DNA from: the human T2T-CHM13v2.0 reference genome, Homo sapiens
Direction: 5' to 3' (one strand)
Assembly (NCBI RefSeq): GCF_009914755.1
Contig: NC_060925.1
Length of the DNA: 64,000 bases
Shown here: positions 27,051-38,715 of the stretch, one piece after another
Layout: every line of letters starts with the position of its first letter
Position numbering within the stretch: the stretch's first letter is position 1
Program-made: the position numbers and the translations under genes
The notes under the pieces: model-generated
Database searches by the model: none
What the model saw: only the letters and a program-made list of their open reading frames with translations
Told to the model about the DNA's origin: nothing

Positions 27051-27939
27051 TCCCTTTGCTCTTTCTTCTTCCCTTTTCTGGACTCCCCTTCACAGGAGTC
27101 CTAGATGATCACAGATATGACCCTAAAGGGGCCACAGACACCATCTTCCTTAACTTCTGCATTTCACAGGGCCAGAGTGAGGCAGTGAGCAGCCTCAACC
27201 ACAGAGTAGGCCAACAGCAGAGGCTGGGCTCAAGCCTCAGCCCAGCCTCCCTAGCACCCCAGCTGTCCCAGAGGGTCACCTCCATGGGAGGCTGCTGGAT
27301 AAGCTTCCTGTCTACAACCTTCATTTTACAGATGAAATCAGGCTCGGGTGTGAAAAGCAACGTGCCTACCACAGGCCACACCACCAGCCAGGGAGAGACT
27401 GGAACGCCAACTCATGTCTCACTGACTCCAAAGGGAGCTCTTCCCAGGAACCTCACATTCCCCAGTTGAACTCCAAGATCCCTGAGGGCTGTAGCCCTGT
27501 TTCAGGTCATTTGCTTTCCCTGGCATCTGCTGAGGGTTCAGCCAAGGTCCAGGGAACAAAGAGTGATTGTAACAGCAAAGGTTCTCAGTCGGGTGGTGAA
27601 GAGGGACCAGGACCAGTGGCTGCCTCTGCACAGAAGTGCCCTGTATCCTGGCATGTCCCAAGAGGCTGTGACTGATGGACAAGACTTGGCTTGGGGCAGT
27701 GTGCTGGGCAGAGCTGATGTGGCCAGCCCTCAGCTGTTCCCAGCAGTAGATGGGCTGGGAAGGGGACTGGGAATCTGGGCAGGCCAAGCCTGGCAGTAAA
27801 AGAGGACCTGGGGGGTGGTTCCCAGGAGAAAGCCCGACTCCTAGTCTCCAGTGGAGCTGACACTCTTCCATTGTCTGCTTCTCCTTGTGCTCAAATTTAC
27901 TCATATCTCTAAGGATTTGGACCCTGGGCATAGAGATGA

Positions 27940-28460
27940 ACACGATGCCATCTTCCGCCCTTCCCAAGTTTGGGAAAGCAATGGAGGTTGACCTCAAAGA
28001 CAAAAGTGCCCAGATGAGAGAGGTCCTGAGGCAGGATGTGCAAGGAAAAAACCAGGAGTGTAGTGAGGCAAGACCCTGTGGGCCTGCAGGCAGGGAGAGG
28101 CTGGAGAGGGAGGTGTGGGTGGGATGGTGGGGTCATAGACGCCCACCTTGGGAAATCAGACAGCCTGAGGGCAACAGGGAGGCATGGAATGACTGGAAGC
28201 AGAAGAGGGCCATAATGAAATGTTCACGTTACAAAGTCAAATTCTGGTGGTTGAATGACAGAGGCTGGATGGGGTGGGCTTCCTAAAAAATACTGAGTCC
28301 AGTGAAAGATGGGGCCAGCCACAGCTGAGGTGCTGTTAAAGGGGAAGGCAAAGAGGGATGCATGGCTAAGATGTAGAGAGGTGAAGAGGAGGAGACATGA
28401 TGGTTGATGGATGTAAACAGTGAGGGGACACCTGTTGAGTGCTCCTACCTAGGCTCAGTG
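27940..28460 (-). mobile_element. L2 fragment(s)
   Basis: purine-rich L2-like body (GGGAGGCATGGAATGACTGGAAGCAGAAGAG...); boundaries approximate. Confidence 0.45.
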
Positions 28461-28499
28461 GAGGGCAGTACTTATAAACATCGTCATGAGCAAGAATCA

Positions 28500-28710
28500 G
28501 AATAGCTCACATTTATGGAGTGCTGACTCAGCATCCTAAGCGGCTTCCATGCATCAGCTCAGCAGATCCTCACGACTCTGTGAGGTGAGTACACCATCAC
28601 TACCCACATTTTACAGATGGGAAAGCCGAAGCACAAAAAGGCTACTGAACCAGGATTGGAACTGGACAGTCTGATCCCAGGGCCTGAACTCTTGTTACTT
28701 TACTGCCCTG
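28500..28710 (-). mobile_element. MIR SINE
   Basis: AATAGCTCACATTTATGGAGTGCT...CACATTTTACAGATGGGAAAGCCGAAGCACA. Confidence 0.7.
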
Positions 28711-29056
28711 CAGCCCTGAGATGGGATGGTAAGTCAGTGCTGGACATGGGGACTCCAAGCTGTCCCTTGGACATCTGGGTTCAATAACCAGGAGAAAATG
28801 GAAGTTTTAGAAACATCAGTGCGAACATGGCAGATGAAGTATTAGGGTGGGGGTAAAGGGGGCAAGGGGAGGGGCATGTTCAATGGATCAGCCATGGAAG
28901 AAGAGCCAGAGAGGTGACCATACATGGCAAACCTAGGGTGCCATGTGAATAGGTAGCGTGGGAGAGTGCTGGGACCTGATGCAAGAAGCACTCCAGCTGG
29001 AGTCAGGAGGCTGGGCCTGAGAGTACCACTTTGCCTCTTGTTGGATGTACATACTG

Positions 29057-29214
29057 TTTTATTTTTATTTAGATATGGAGTATTGTTCTGTCACCCAGGC
29101 TGGAGTGCAGTGGTGCTATAACAGCTCACTGCAGCTTAGAACTGGGCTCAAGTGATTCTCCGCCTCAGCCTCCTGAGTTGCTGGGACTACAGGCACACGC
29201 CACCCCACCCCGCC
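29057..29214 (-). mobile_element. Alu monomer (FRAM/FAM-like) inserted in a MIR
   Basis: single monomer with ACAGCTCACTGCAGC...GGGCTCAAG; degenerate TSD TGGATGT(A/G)CAT. Confidence 0.85.
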
Positions 29215-29459
29215 TGGATGTGCATCCTTGAACCAATCTCTCAACTCTCTGAGCACTTGTGCCCATTTTCAATAAAGCAGGACATTAATAATACTCAGTG
29301 CATAGAGCATTTGGGAGGATAAAACACAACATCCAAAAGACTTGTTAACAGGAGCTCTGATGGACATTAATATGCATCCTCACGGTGAAGTGATGTGAGG
29401 CTGGCAAGGTATATGCAGACAACAAGTGTGAGGCAGAGAGGGGGTGTGGTGGGCACTGT

Positions 29460-29850
29460 GATGTGCTCCTGGGTTAGTCCCCTAGAGCCAGGAGTGCCCT
29501 CAGCCAGCACCTGCTTTTAGGATTGCCTCAGCTAAAGAAAACTCACCCAAGGTCATGCCTCCTTCCAGGGGTGGCCCATATCGAATAACTGACCAACACA
29601 GGGGCTACAGGCCTGGCCCTCTTGCCCCAATACAACTCACCTCTGCAGGGCAATACAGCTGCAGAGCCCCACTGGGGCTGACAGAGGCCTTTTTTATGAC
29701 TGCACTGCAGCTCAATCTAAGCCTAATCCTGCTTCCCTCCCTTCTTCCCCAGGGGAGGATCACAAGCACAGTCCTAATACATACCCTGCCAGAAGCCCAC
29801 CACAACCACACTTCACCATCCAGACCAAAAGACTCCATCTGTCTAGGGGA
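29460..29850 (+). mobile_element. ERVL solo LTR (LTR16-like)
   Basis: GGATTGCCTCAGCTAAAG...CCCAAGGTCATGCCTCCTTCCAGGGG...CTTGCCCCAATACAACTC. Confidence 0.6.
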
Positions 29851-29929
29851 CCCAGCCCATGCATGGACAGTGCTGGCCCAATGGGCTGCTATGATGACCT
29901 CTCTGAGGATTCCACGCATGGTCCAGCTG

Positions 29930-30375
29930 TGGGGTCAACATAGATCAGGGTTACCCCCTTTTCCATTCTCAGTTCGGTGACCTAAAATATGTTACCTCAC
30001 CTCTCTGAGCCTTGGTATCCCCATCTGTCAAATGGGGATAATAACCCCTACCTTACACAATTGCGGTAAACTAGGAAACTCTTCTAAAGAGCTTCACACG
30101 CTACCTGTTAGGTAATACAGGCTCTGCCTTCAACCATTTAACCATTAAATTTTCTTATTCCCATTTATCAAACAATTTACAAATGTCCAAGTTTCAAGTT
30201 ATTTAAGCTGAGTAACCTTAAGCAAGTTACTTAACCTCTCTGTTCTTCAGTTTTATTACCTATGAAATGGCATCAATCTCATAGGGTTGTTGTGAGGATA
30301 AGCAAGTTCATCTGTGGAACACTGATAGAGCAGTATCTTACACACAGTGATTCTCCATAAGTGTCAGCTGTTACC
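29930..30375 (+). mobile_element. two MIR fragments
   Basis: CCTCTCTGAGCCTTGGTATCCCCATCTGTCAAATGGGGATAATAA and AAGTTACTTAACCTCTCTG...CTCATAGGGTTGTTGTGAGGAT. Confidence 0.7.
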
Positions 30376-32631
30376 TTCAGAACTCTCCTTTTGTGAGTTG
30401 GTACCAAGAACTTAATGCAATACTCTTGGCTGTGGCCTCTCCCATGCAGAGCAATGTGGTACTATCTCCTCCTCTATTGTAGAGCCTTTATTTTTAATAA
30501 TGTCATCCAGAATTTTTGGATAGTGATTCTTTTCAGCTATCACACCACCCTGGGCATCATTCTAAACTTCCTGGCAAAAAAAATAACAATAATAAAAACG
30601 AAAGAACTCTAAATTTTTTAACACACACTTCCAGGGTACGTGTTCCCTTTTTGACTCAGGTTAGATTCTGAACCTGCATTGGGAATCACACCTTTCTCTC
30701 TGTGACAGTTCTCCTTGTTCAACTTCATTCAGCCCGGTGAGAGACCTTCACAAACAGCAGACCAAAGAGAGCTCACACATGAGACGGACAGACGCTGCCG
30801 GTGACCTTTGCAGAGCGGCAGGCCTGAGAGCAAGCTGCGGAAGCCTGGAGCTTCACAGATGCCCACCAGAGGGAGGGAGTGGTTTCATGAAACCTACAGA
30901 GCCATCTAGATCCTTGCAAATGTTGCTGCTGTCATCCGATGTAATTGCAATTTCCCACAATTTGACACTACACATGAATTTAATAAGCAGACGTATACCT
31001 GCCACCCCATCAATAATAATCATCATCATTATTGTTCATGGTGATCATGTTCAGTCACCACAGATTGATCATGGTCAGTCCACCACATCTGTCGAAGGAG
31101 CAGCCCTTGGGCACCTTTGTTTTGCATTTTAAGACCCCTGCTCTCAGCTTCAAATGATTGACTAAGCCTGGGGGCTCATCCACGGGATGGCCAGGGTCCA
31201 CAAACATGGCCTCCATGTGAAAAGTACTAGGTAACAGCCATTATGGTTACTTCTGGCTATTTCTCTAAGCCTGTTCTGTACATTGGCTCAATGTCTCAGC
31301 ATTTGAAACTCCTGGGGAATGATGTCTTCCAGGAATCACATCACTTCTCACAAGCCTTCATCATCAACCATCACTCCTTTTCCATCCTTGGAATGTGTCT
31401 GCCATAAATTCAGTCTCACCCAAGAGCTTCCTAAGAAACCACACAGTTTCCTCAGGAACCAGCCTGTTGCCTTATCTTCCCCTGGGTTGGTGTGCAGCCA
31501 CACTGCCAGAAACAGGGGCCTGCAGTTTTCCCAGTTCTCTGAGATCCCCGTCTCAGGCCATGGAACCCTGCTCCCGTGTCCTCTGAGCTTCAAAAGTTCA
31601 GGCTGCATCCTTCCCAGACCTCACAAACAGAGCTGGCAAGGCACTTCCTCCCAAGTTCTCATCATGCCCCTTCACCAGCCGCCTTCTTGGCCAGAATTAG
31701 ATCCTAAGTAGCTCTTTTGGTCACATTCTCTTTGTGCTGGGAGCTGGGCTGTGATCAGGTGAGTCAAGAATTGATCAGAGGCTCTGTGCTGGGCTGAGTA
31801 TACTCGTAGCTGATGTCTGGTGGCCCGAGGTCCTCCACCACCTGCCTCTGTGTTAGCCTGTGGTCAGCACCATCCACTTCTTCCACGTCAGGCCAAGGTC
31901 AGAGAGAGCACCTTCATGGACCAGATCCAAAGTGTCCAAGGCCCTGCTTCCAGGATCTTACGGAAAAAGGCTCCTGACAACAAGTGGGAAGAGATGGCCT
32001 GTGTTGCCGCAGGCAAGTCTGTCTAAGCCTTGATTTCTTCACCCATAAAATCACACCTAGCTAATCACGCCTAATCCACCAGGCTGGAGGCTGAAATGAG
32101 ATGACGCACATTGAACACAAGGCTTATGGGTAGCAGCTCATTCTAAGACTCTTACTCCCTCTGGGACCACTTGGTGAGCTGAGCAATGGACAGACCTTCC
32201 CTGTTGGCCCACTCTGGTCAGGACAAATGGCATTCCCAAGACCTGGATTCTCAGTGCCAAAACCGGGACAAGCCAAGACACGCGGGGCAGCTGACCTGCA
32301 GGTCCTAACCAGAGGACAGGGCTACTCAAAGAGACTTGACTCCATGTCATCCTAAGCTGAGAAGGAGGTGGGAGAAGAGGTGAAGACCAAAAAGATGTGA
32401 GAAAAAAGTTGGATCTTCACACAGACAGGTGTGTCTGTGGCCTCTACCTGTCAGCTTCCCCACCGGGCGCTTTCCTCATTCCTGGTGGGGAACAGCGGTG
32501 TCTCTGTCTGTAGCTCCCATTCTGCTAGAACTTGGTCACGTGTGGAGGGATAAGAATGAGCTTCCAGGGGCTGTCCAGCTCTCCCCAGCTCCGCATATCC
32601 AAGGATGTTGGGCTGGCGCCTCCCTGTAGGA

Positions 32632-32832
32632 CAGTGGCTCTCAATCGGGGATGATTCCATCTCCCCAAGGATATTTGGCCATGACGGAAGACATTTTTGG
32701 TTATCACAGTTGTGGGGGAGGGTGCTACTGGCCAGGGATGCTGCGAAGCATTCTACAATGCACAAGATAGCCCCCACAACAAAGAATTATACCTGGCCCC
32801 AAATGCCAAGAGTGCTGAGGCTGAGAAGGCTG
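32632..32832 (+). mobile_element. MER20 (hAT-Charlie)
   Basis: CAGTGGCTCTCAATCGGGG...GACATTTTTGGTTATCACA...CCCCACAACAAAGAATTAT...GCTGAGGCTGAGAA; short internal deletion. Confidence 0.9.
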
Positions 32833-33709
32833 GTTCTAGGGACAGCCAGAAGAAGCCAATTCCATGTAGGGAATTGGGACCCCAAGGGTTCAGGGAGCCC
32901 ATCCCTCTATCTCTAGGAGCTCCACCTCCAAGGACTTACAGATTGGGCCTCCACCCAACCAAGTCACAACCAAAAGTAGACAAATGTCAGCGGCAGGCCC
33001 TGGAAGCAGGAGACAGAGGGTAGGGGCAGGCACTTTGGGCGTGAGGCTGGCAAGGAGCAAGGTTTATGGCGCGTTCTGTTCAGAGTTTTAATTACGTGTC
33101 TCAAATCAGGATTTAATTGGGCTGTAACAAGCCAGGCTATTGTATGCAAGAGAAACACCTGGGGATTATTAGAAAACATTTTTAAGGCAGTAAAGCTGCA
33201 GCAAACACTCGCAGTTGTTAAATCAAGAAATATAATTCCAGAGCTCAATGACAAACACAGAGAGAGGGAGCTGGCCCCCCTATACTCCATGGCACTGGGC
33301 AGGGGGGCACGCGAGCTCTAGAGAGATGGACCCAGGTGGGTCAGGTTGCAACCACATCTGGAGCGGTGGAGGTGCCCCCAGGCAGAGGGACTCAGTCCAA
33401 AGCTGTTGCCAGCTTCTGGGGAAAGTGAGGGTGGCCAGGCCCACCTTGGGAGGGGCCGGGGGTGACCACACTCAGTCTGAGGAGTGCCGTGGTGGTCAGG
33501 CCCAGTCTGAGTCCTAAGAGGGACCAGGAATGACCAGGCTTAAAGCTGAGTGGTGCCCAGGGTGGTCAAGCCTAGCCCACATCCTGGAAAGGACCAAGGG
33601 TGACCAGATACAGCCTGGGAGGGTTTGGAGCTGACCAATCCAGTCTAGGAGGAGCCAGAAGTGGCCATACCAGGCCTAGGGAGAGCTAGAGGTGACCAGG
33701 CCCATTTTC

Positions 33710-33866
33710 CTGGCCATCTCTATCTCTCCCTCAACTAGAATTTAAGCCCTATTAATCCAGGGTCCAGGGTCTGCTTTATTTCCTGCTGTGACTTCAGAGC
33801 ATAGAACAATGCCTGGCACATAGCAGCAGGCATAGCTGACTGACTGACTGACTGAATGAATGAATG
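33710..33866 (+). mobile_element. L2 3' end with (GACT)n/(GAAT)n tail
   Basis: AGAACAATGCCTGGCACATAGCAG...TGACTGACTGAATGAATGAATG. Confidence 0.7.
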
Positions 33867-34764
33867 GGAGGGGGCAGTGTTGTCCAGGCTCATCTTATAG
33901 GGGCCAAATTTGGGCCTCTAGTCCAAGTCTCTGACTGGAAGACACTGGGACACCAGCAAAACAGGTAGACATTAATCTGATCCATATTTGGGGACAGAAG
34001 GCCCTGGCTAAAATGCAGCTGCCTTCTACTAGTGAAGAGGCCTAGCACCCCAACATCAGTGGCTCTTCCCGTCAGGTTAAAATAGGAATCTTCCCTGACC
34101 GTGTCCTACTGCTGGACTCCCCAACACCCTGTCTCATGTCTGTTAGGGCCTGACCATAGGGCTTGTAACTTAGCATTGCCTTCCCAGTAAGACTGTGGAC
34201 TCCACAAGAGACAGCCCATGTCTAGTTGACTCTGTATCTCTAGCATCAGCCAAGGGTATAGACACAGAAGATGCTTAATGAATGTCTGCTGGAGAGGTTG
34301 ATGCATGAACGGGTTATTGACACGCATATGACAGCAGCGTCTTCTTCACTGTGGTCATCACTGATCGGACTCCCCATGTGCCAAGCACTGTGTTCAGCAC
34401 ATCATCTCACCTGAGCCTCCCGATGGGTTTGTGCCATGGGGTTATCATCTCCATTTTATAGAAGAGGAACTTCTACAAAAGCTCAGAGAAGCCCCCTTTA
34501 CTTCACTCTGTTGCTCTTCCCAGGGTCCCATAGTGTCAAAGGGAGACCCTCTCCAGTGACAGTTTGAATTTCAGTTTGAGGCAGTAAGGAGGAGCATAGC
34601 AAGCCTCCAGGTCCCCAGAACCACTGAAGGGCCCCTCCAAGTGGCTAAAGCCCAAGGGGCTTCTGAGGCTCCTGCCACAGTGATTGAATGTCCATCTAGC
34701 AGGGTTTGCAGCTCCCATAAGAGCCTCTCTAACCTCTGCCCTACCCTACTCTGCAGAACTTTGG

Positions 34765-34766
<2 letters not shown>

Positions 34767-34798
<32 letters not shown>
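34767..34798 (+). repeat. (GT)n microsatellite
   Basis: about 16 GT units. Confidence 0.95.
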
Positions 34799-34799
<1 letters not shown>

Positions 34800-35593
34800 G
34801 GGGGTGGGGAGGGAAGGAGCAGGGATGGGCCCCCCAACCATGAACAGACCTGGGAGGGTGGCTCAGGGGAACAGATGGGGCATGGAGTAGAGTGGAAGGT
34901 TCAAGTGCCCAACGTTGGAGCTCAAGTACATAAAGTAGAGGGTGGGGTGAGTCAGTTACACATGGAGGGAACCCCAGGAATCAGGGAGGGATGTTCAGGA
35001 GCACAGAGTTGGGGGTCTGAGGGGCATGGTCTGGGAAAGGTGCCCAGGTGCACCGAGGTGGGAGAGGAAGCTGCAGGGGCAGGTAGAGGAACAGAGAATC
35101 CCTGTCCGAGAGCAGATGCTGCTTTCTCAAAAAGAAGTGAACTGCAAGTCGGGAGCCGGGTTGGGGAGCCAGGTGAGCACCAGGGCAGGTAGACAGCACA
35201 GGACACAGCATCTGACCTTCCCACTTGCCTCCTGAAAAGGTCCTTTCTGGAAAGGACCCTGAGGTCCTAATTCCATCTCCCCTACTCACCACCCACAGAG
35301 GCCTGAGGCAGCTGGAAAGGGGCCTTAAGGTAATGATCATTTTAATCTGCCCCACCTCAGCCAAGATCCTTCAGCCCCCTCCCCTAGAAGCATTGATCTA
35401 TCACAGGTCCAACACAGGGCCTCTCAGGGAACACTGAGCCCGCTCCTACAGAAAGCACCTGCAGGGCAGGCACCAATCACAGTGCCCCTTGTGGGGGTGA
35501 CATATCCCAGCTGTTTCAGGTCTTTGCTTAAACAGTCTTCTCAATGAGGCCCTGGCAATCCTGACCCCATCTTCTATTTCTTATCCCTGCTTA

Positions 35594-35932
<339 letters not shown>

Positions 35933-36074
35933 TCACAGGAAGCACTCAAGAAATAGTTGTTGAATGGATGACCTTCAGAAGTCCACTGTCTCATTTCAGC
36001 CCTCCTACGGTTAAGGTTGACAAGACAGGTGTTATTTTTATTACCTTCATCACATACATGAGTGAATAATAATT

Positions 36075-36530
36075 ACAGTAATAATGGCTACTTTTATTGA
36101 GCATTTACTATGTGCCATGTCCTGTGAAAAATGTTTCATGTATAACCTCTAATTAATTCAGTCTTTACAACAATTATATGGGGTAAGTGCTATTAACCCA
36201 ATTTGACAGAGGGGGAAAATGAAGTTCAGAGAGGAAAATGAAGTTGAGAGAGGAAAATGAAGTTGAGAGAGGAAAATGAAGTTCAGAGAGGTAAAATAAC
36301 TTGCCCAAGGTCACACAGCCACTTGCCAGGCACCAGGCTGAGTACTTTATGTGGACAATTATATCATTCAATGCCTACAACTATTTTACAAGGCAATAAA
36401 CTCTATTTTACAGAAAAGGAAACTGAGGTCCAGGGAGTTGCAGTGACTTGTTAAAAGTCACACAGCTGGCAGGGTGCAGAACCAATATTCAACTCCATGG
36501 CTGTCTGAATCCAAATTCAGTCTCCTTTCC
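36075..36530 (-). mobile_element. two adjacent MIR elements
   Basis: TATTGAGCATTTACTATGTGCC...AACTTGCCCAAGGTCACACAGC; second core GGAAACTGAGGTCCAGGGAG. Confidence 0.75.
36214..36289 (+). repeat. 4 x 19-bp minisatellite derived from the MIR core
   Basis: GGAAAATGAAGTT(C/G)AGAGA x4, variant order C,G,G,C. Confidence 0.92.
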
Positions 36531-37471
36531 CTTAGGCAGTAAGCATCCCATCAGAAAGGGCATTCAGAGGGACTGGAAATCACAGTGGGAGAAAAGGTGA
36601 GCTTTGAAAACAGCAGCGCAGATCCAAATTCCTTTCTCAGGTCAGAAAGCCCAAGGGAGTCTTTCATCTCCAAGATCCACATTCAACAAATATCCACTGG
36701 CAAATACCGAAGCATTGCACTGGGCACCTGATTCCACTTAATCCTCTGCCAGGAAGGTGGTCAGTGGTACCTGGCTACAGAGGTTAGGATGTAAAAGGTA
36801 TAAGATTTAAGCAGTCCCTGCTTCAGTTCCCGTCAATAACTGTCCAGAGAGATTCCTGGGATTATCAACCAGCAATTTTCATTCAGAACTTAAAGAATCA
36901 AATGCCTTTAGATGCTGCAAATGTGTGCTCCATGTCCCCATCCTCACTGTCCATAGCACTCAGAAAGACGAGCTCCCATGAGCCAATGGCTTCTTTTCAT
37001 TGTCACAAAGCAGGAATGGCTGTGATAGACAAGTGGTCCTTCATCTGCCTATTGTCAGAAAGAATAGTCTGAGATCAATTGTTCTAAAGCAAAAATCAAT
37101 TGTATTTGGCAGTTGTCCTCTCAAATTTAACAAGTTTATATTCAATAACTCCATACATTAGGGAACTTAACTTAGTTACTTCCAGGATGTTCTGCAGCCA
37201 ATTCCCCTGGCAGGAAACTACACTGTACCAGTCCTGGCCTTCCCCAGGTGCACGATGGAATTTCTCCCTGCTCATGGTGGGGACCTGGAATGTCTGGTAA
37301 GGAAATCTTCCAGGCTAGAATCATCACACCAAGCAGAGGCCTGGCCATTTGCTCATTTGTGGGAATAGACTGAGTTACTGTCTTAAAGAAAAAAAAAACG
37401 TGGATCCTCCTCCTTGCCAAAGTGAGAAAACCAGATCCTTGAGAGGTTCCTCAATTTCCTCAAAAGAAAAC

Positions 37472-37900
37472 TCTTAGTTTGGATTTTCCCAGAGGCAAAA
37501 GCTGAGATAAAGATTGAAGTGGAGGTAGTTTATTTGGGAGGTGATCTCAGGATACACAGGTAGGGGAGAAGGAAATGAGAAAGGTGAAGGACGGCTGTGC
37601 ATAACAGGTGTGTTGTCAAGCAAATTACCACTGTGGGTGACCGGAGCTCAGTCTTACCACTGGGGACCTCTAGGAGACAATGTGGAACTGCCTCAGAGGC
37701 CTCACAACTAGGGAGAGAGGAAGCTGGGGTTGTGATACACTAAGTCCATCTGTCATTGGATGAGGCACCAACTCTGCCCCTTCCAGCAGGATGTTCCTGA
37801 AGCCAGAAAAATGCTCTCAGAGAGCAACAAGCATCCAAAGGGGAGTGTACCCAGCCTCAGGACTGCAAAAGACAATCCCCTGCAGAAGAGAAAGAAAGTA
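37472..37900 (-). mobile_element. ERVL solo LTR (LTR16-like)
   Basis: TCTTAGTTTGGATTTTCCCAGAGGCAAAAGCTGAGATAAAGATT...GTAGTTTATTTGGGAGGTGATCTCAGG. Confidence 0.7.
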
Positions 37901-38433
37901 CTAGCTTCTGCCAATGTTGATTTGAATCTCATCCCTTTCAATTACTTATTTTGGGGTATGATTTACAAAATACATAGTAGATTAAGCTAGTTGCATATAA
38001 CAAAGAAAAAATTAGATTTACTGGGGGCATACTAAACCTTGTTACTGGTTGGGCATATAGTCAAAGAAGCCTGATGATGGCTGCTCTAAATTAAATGAGA
38101 GTTTCCTCCAACCCAACAACCAGCTGAGTCAGACCTTGCTGGGGATGGCTGCCTTAACCACCTACTGCCCAATATGAAGTAAAGGTGCGATGGAGAGAAA
38201 AACAGCATTTCGGAGAGTGGGTTGAGAAGCAGGCCAGCCACCACTTTCTCTAGATAGTCTAGGATTTATCCTTGGATCAAGCTGTGCACTTGAACTGCAT
38301 CCTCGGCTCCTTGCGTAGTTTCACTCCCTAAACTGTGTTTCATCATCATGTCTTCAGGTGACATGGAGAAACAGACAGTACCAGACATGGTTTATGAAAT
38401 CTGCTAGCCACTGGTTAGAAAGATGTTGCATTT

Positions 38434-38715
38434 ATTTTCTTTCTTTCTTTCTTTTTTTTTTTTTTGAGATTTTGAGCCAGAGACTTACTCTGTCACCCAG
38501 GCTGGAGTGCAGGGACACAATCTTGGCTCACTGCAACCTCTGCCTCCCGGGTTCAAGTAAGTGTGTGCCACCATGCCCAGCTAATGTTGGTATTTTTAGT
38601 AGAGATGAGATTTTGCCATGTTGCCCAGGCTGGTCTCAAACTCCTGGCCTCAAGTGATCCACCCGCCTTGGCCTCCTAAAGTGCTAGGATTACAGGTGTG
38701 AGCCACTGCACGGCC
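38434..38715 (-). mobile_element. Alu (AluJ/S) with an internal deletion of about 38 bp
   Basis: GGTTCAAGT joined directly to AAGTGTGTGCCACC at 38558/38559; TSD ATGTTGCATTT at 38423 and 38717. Confidence 0.92.
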
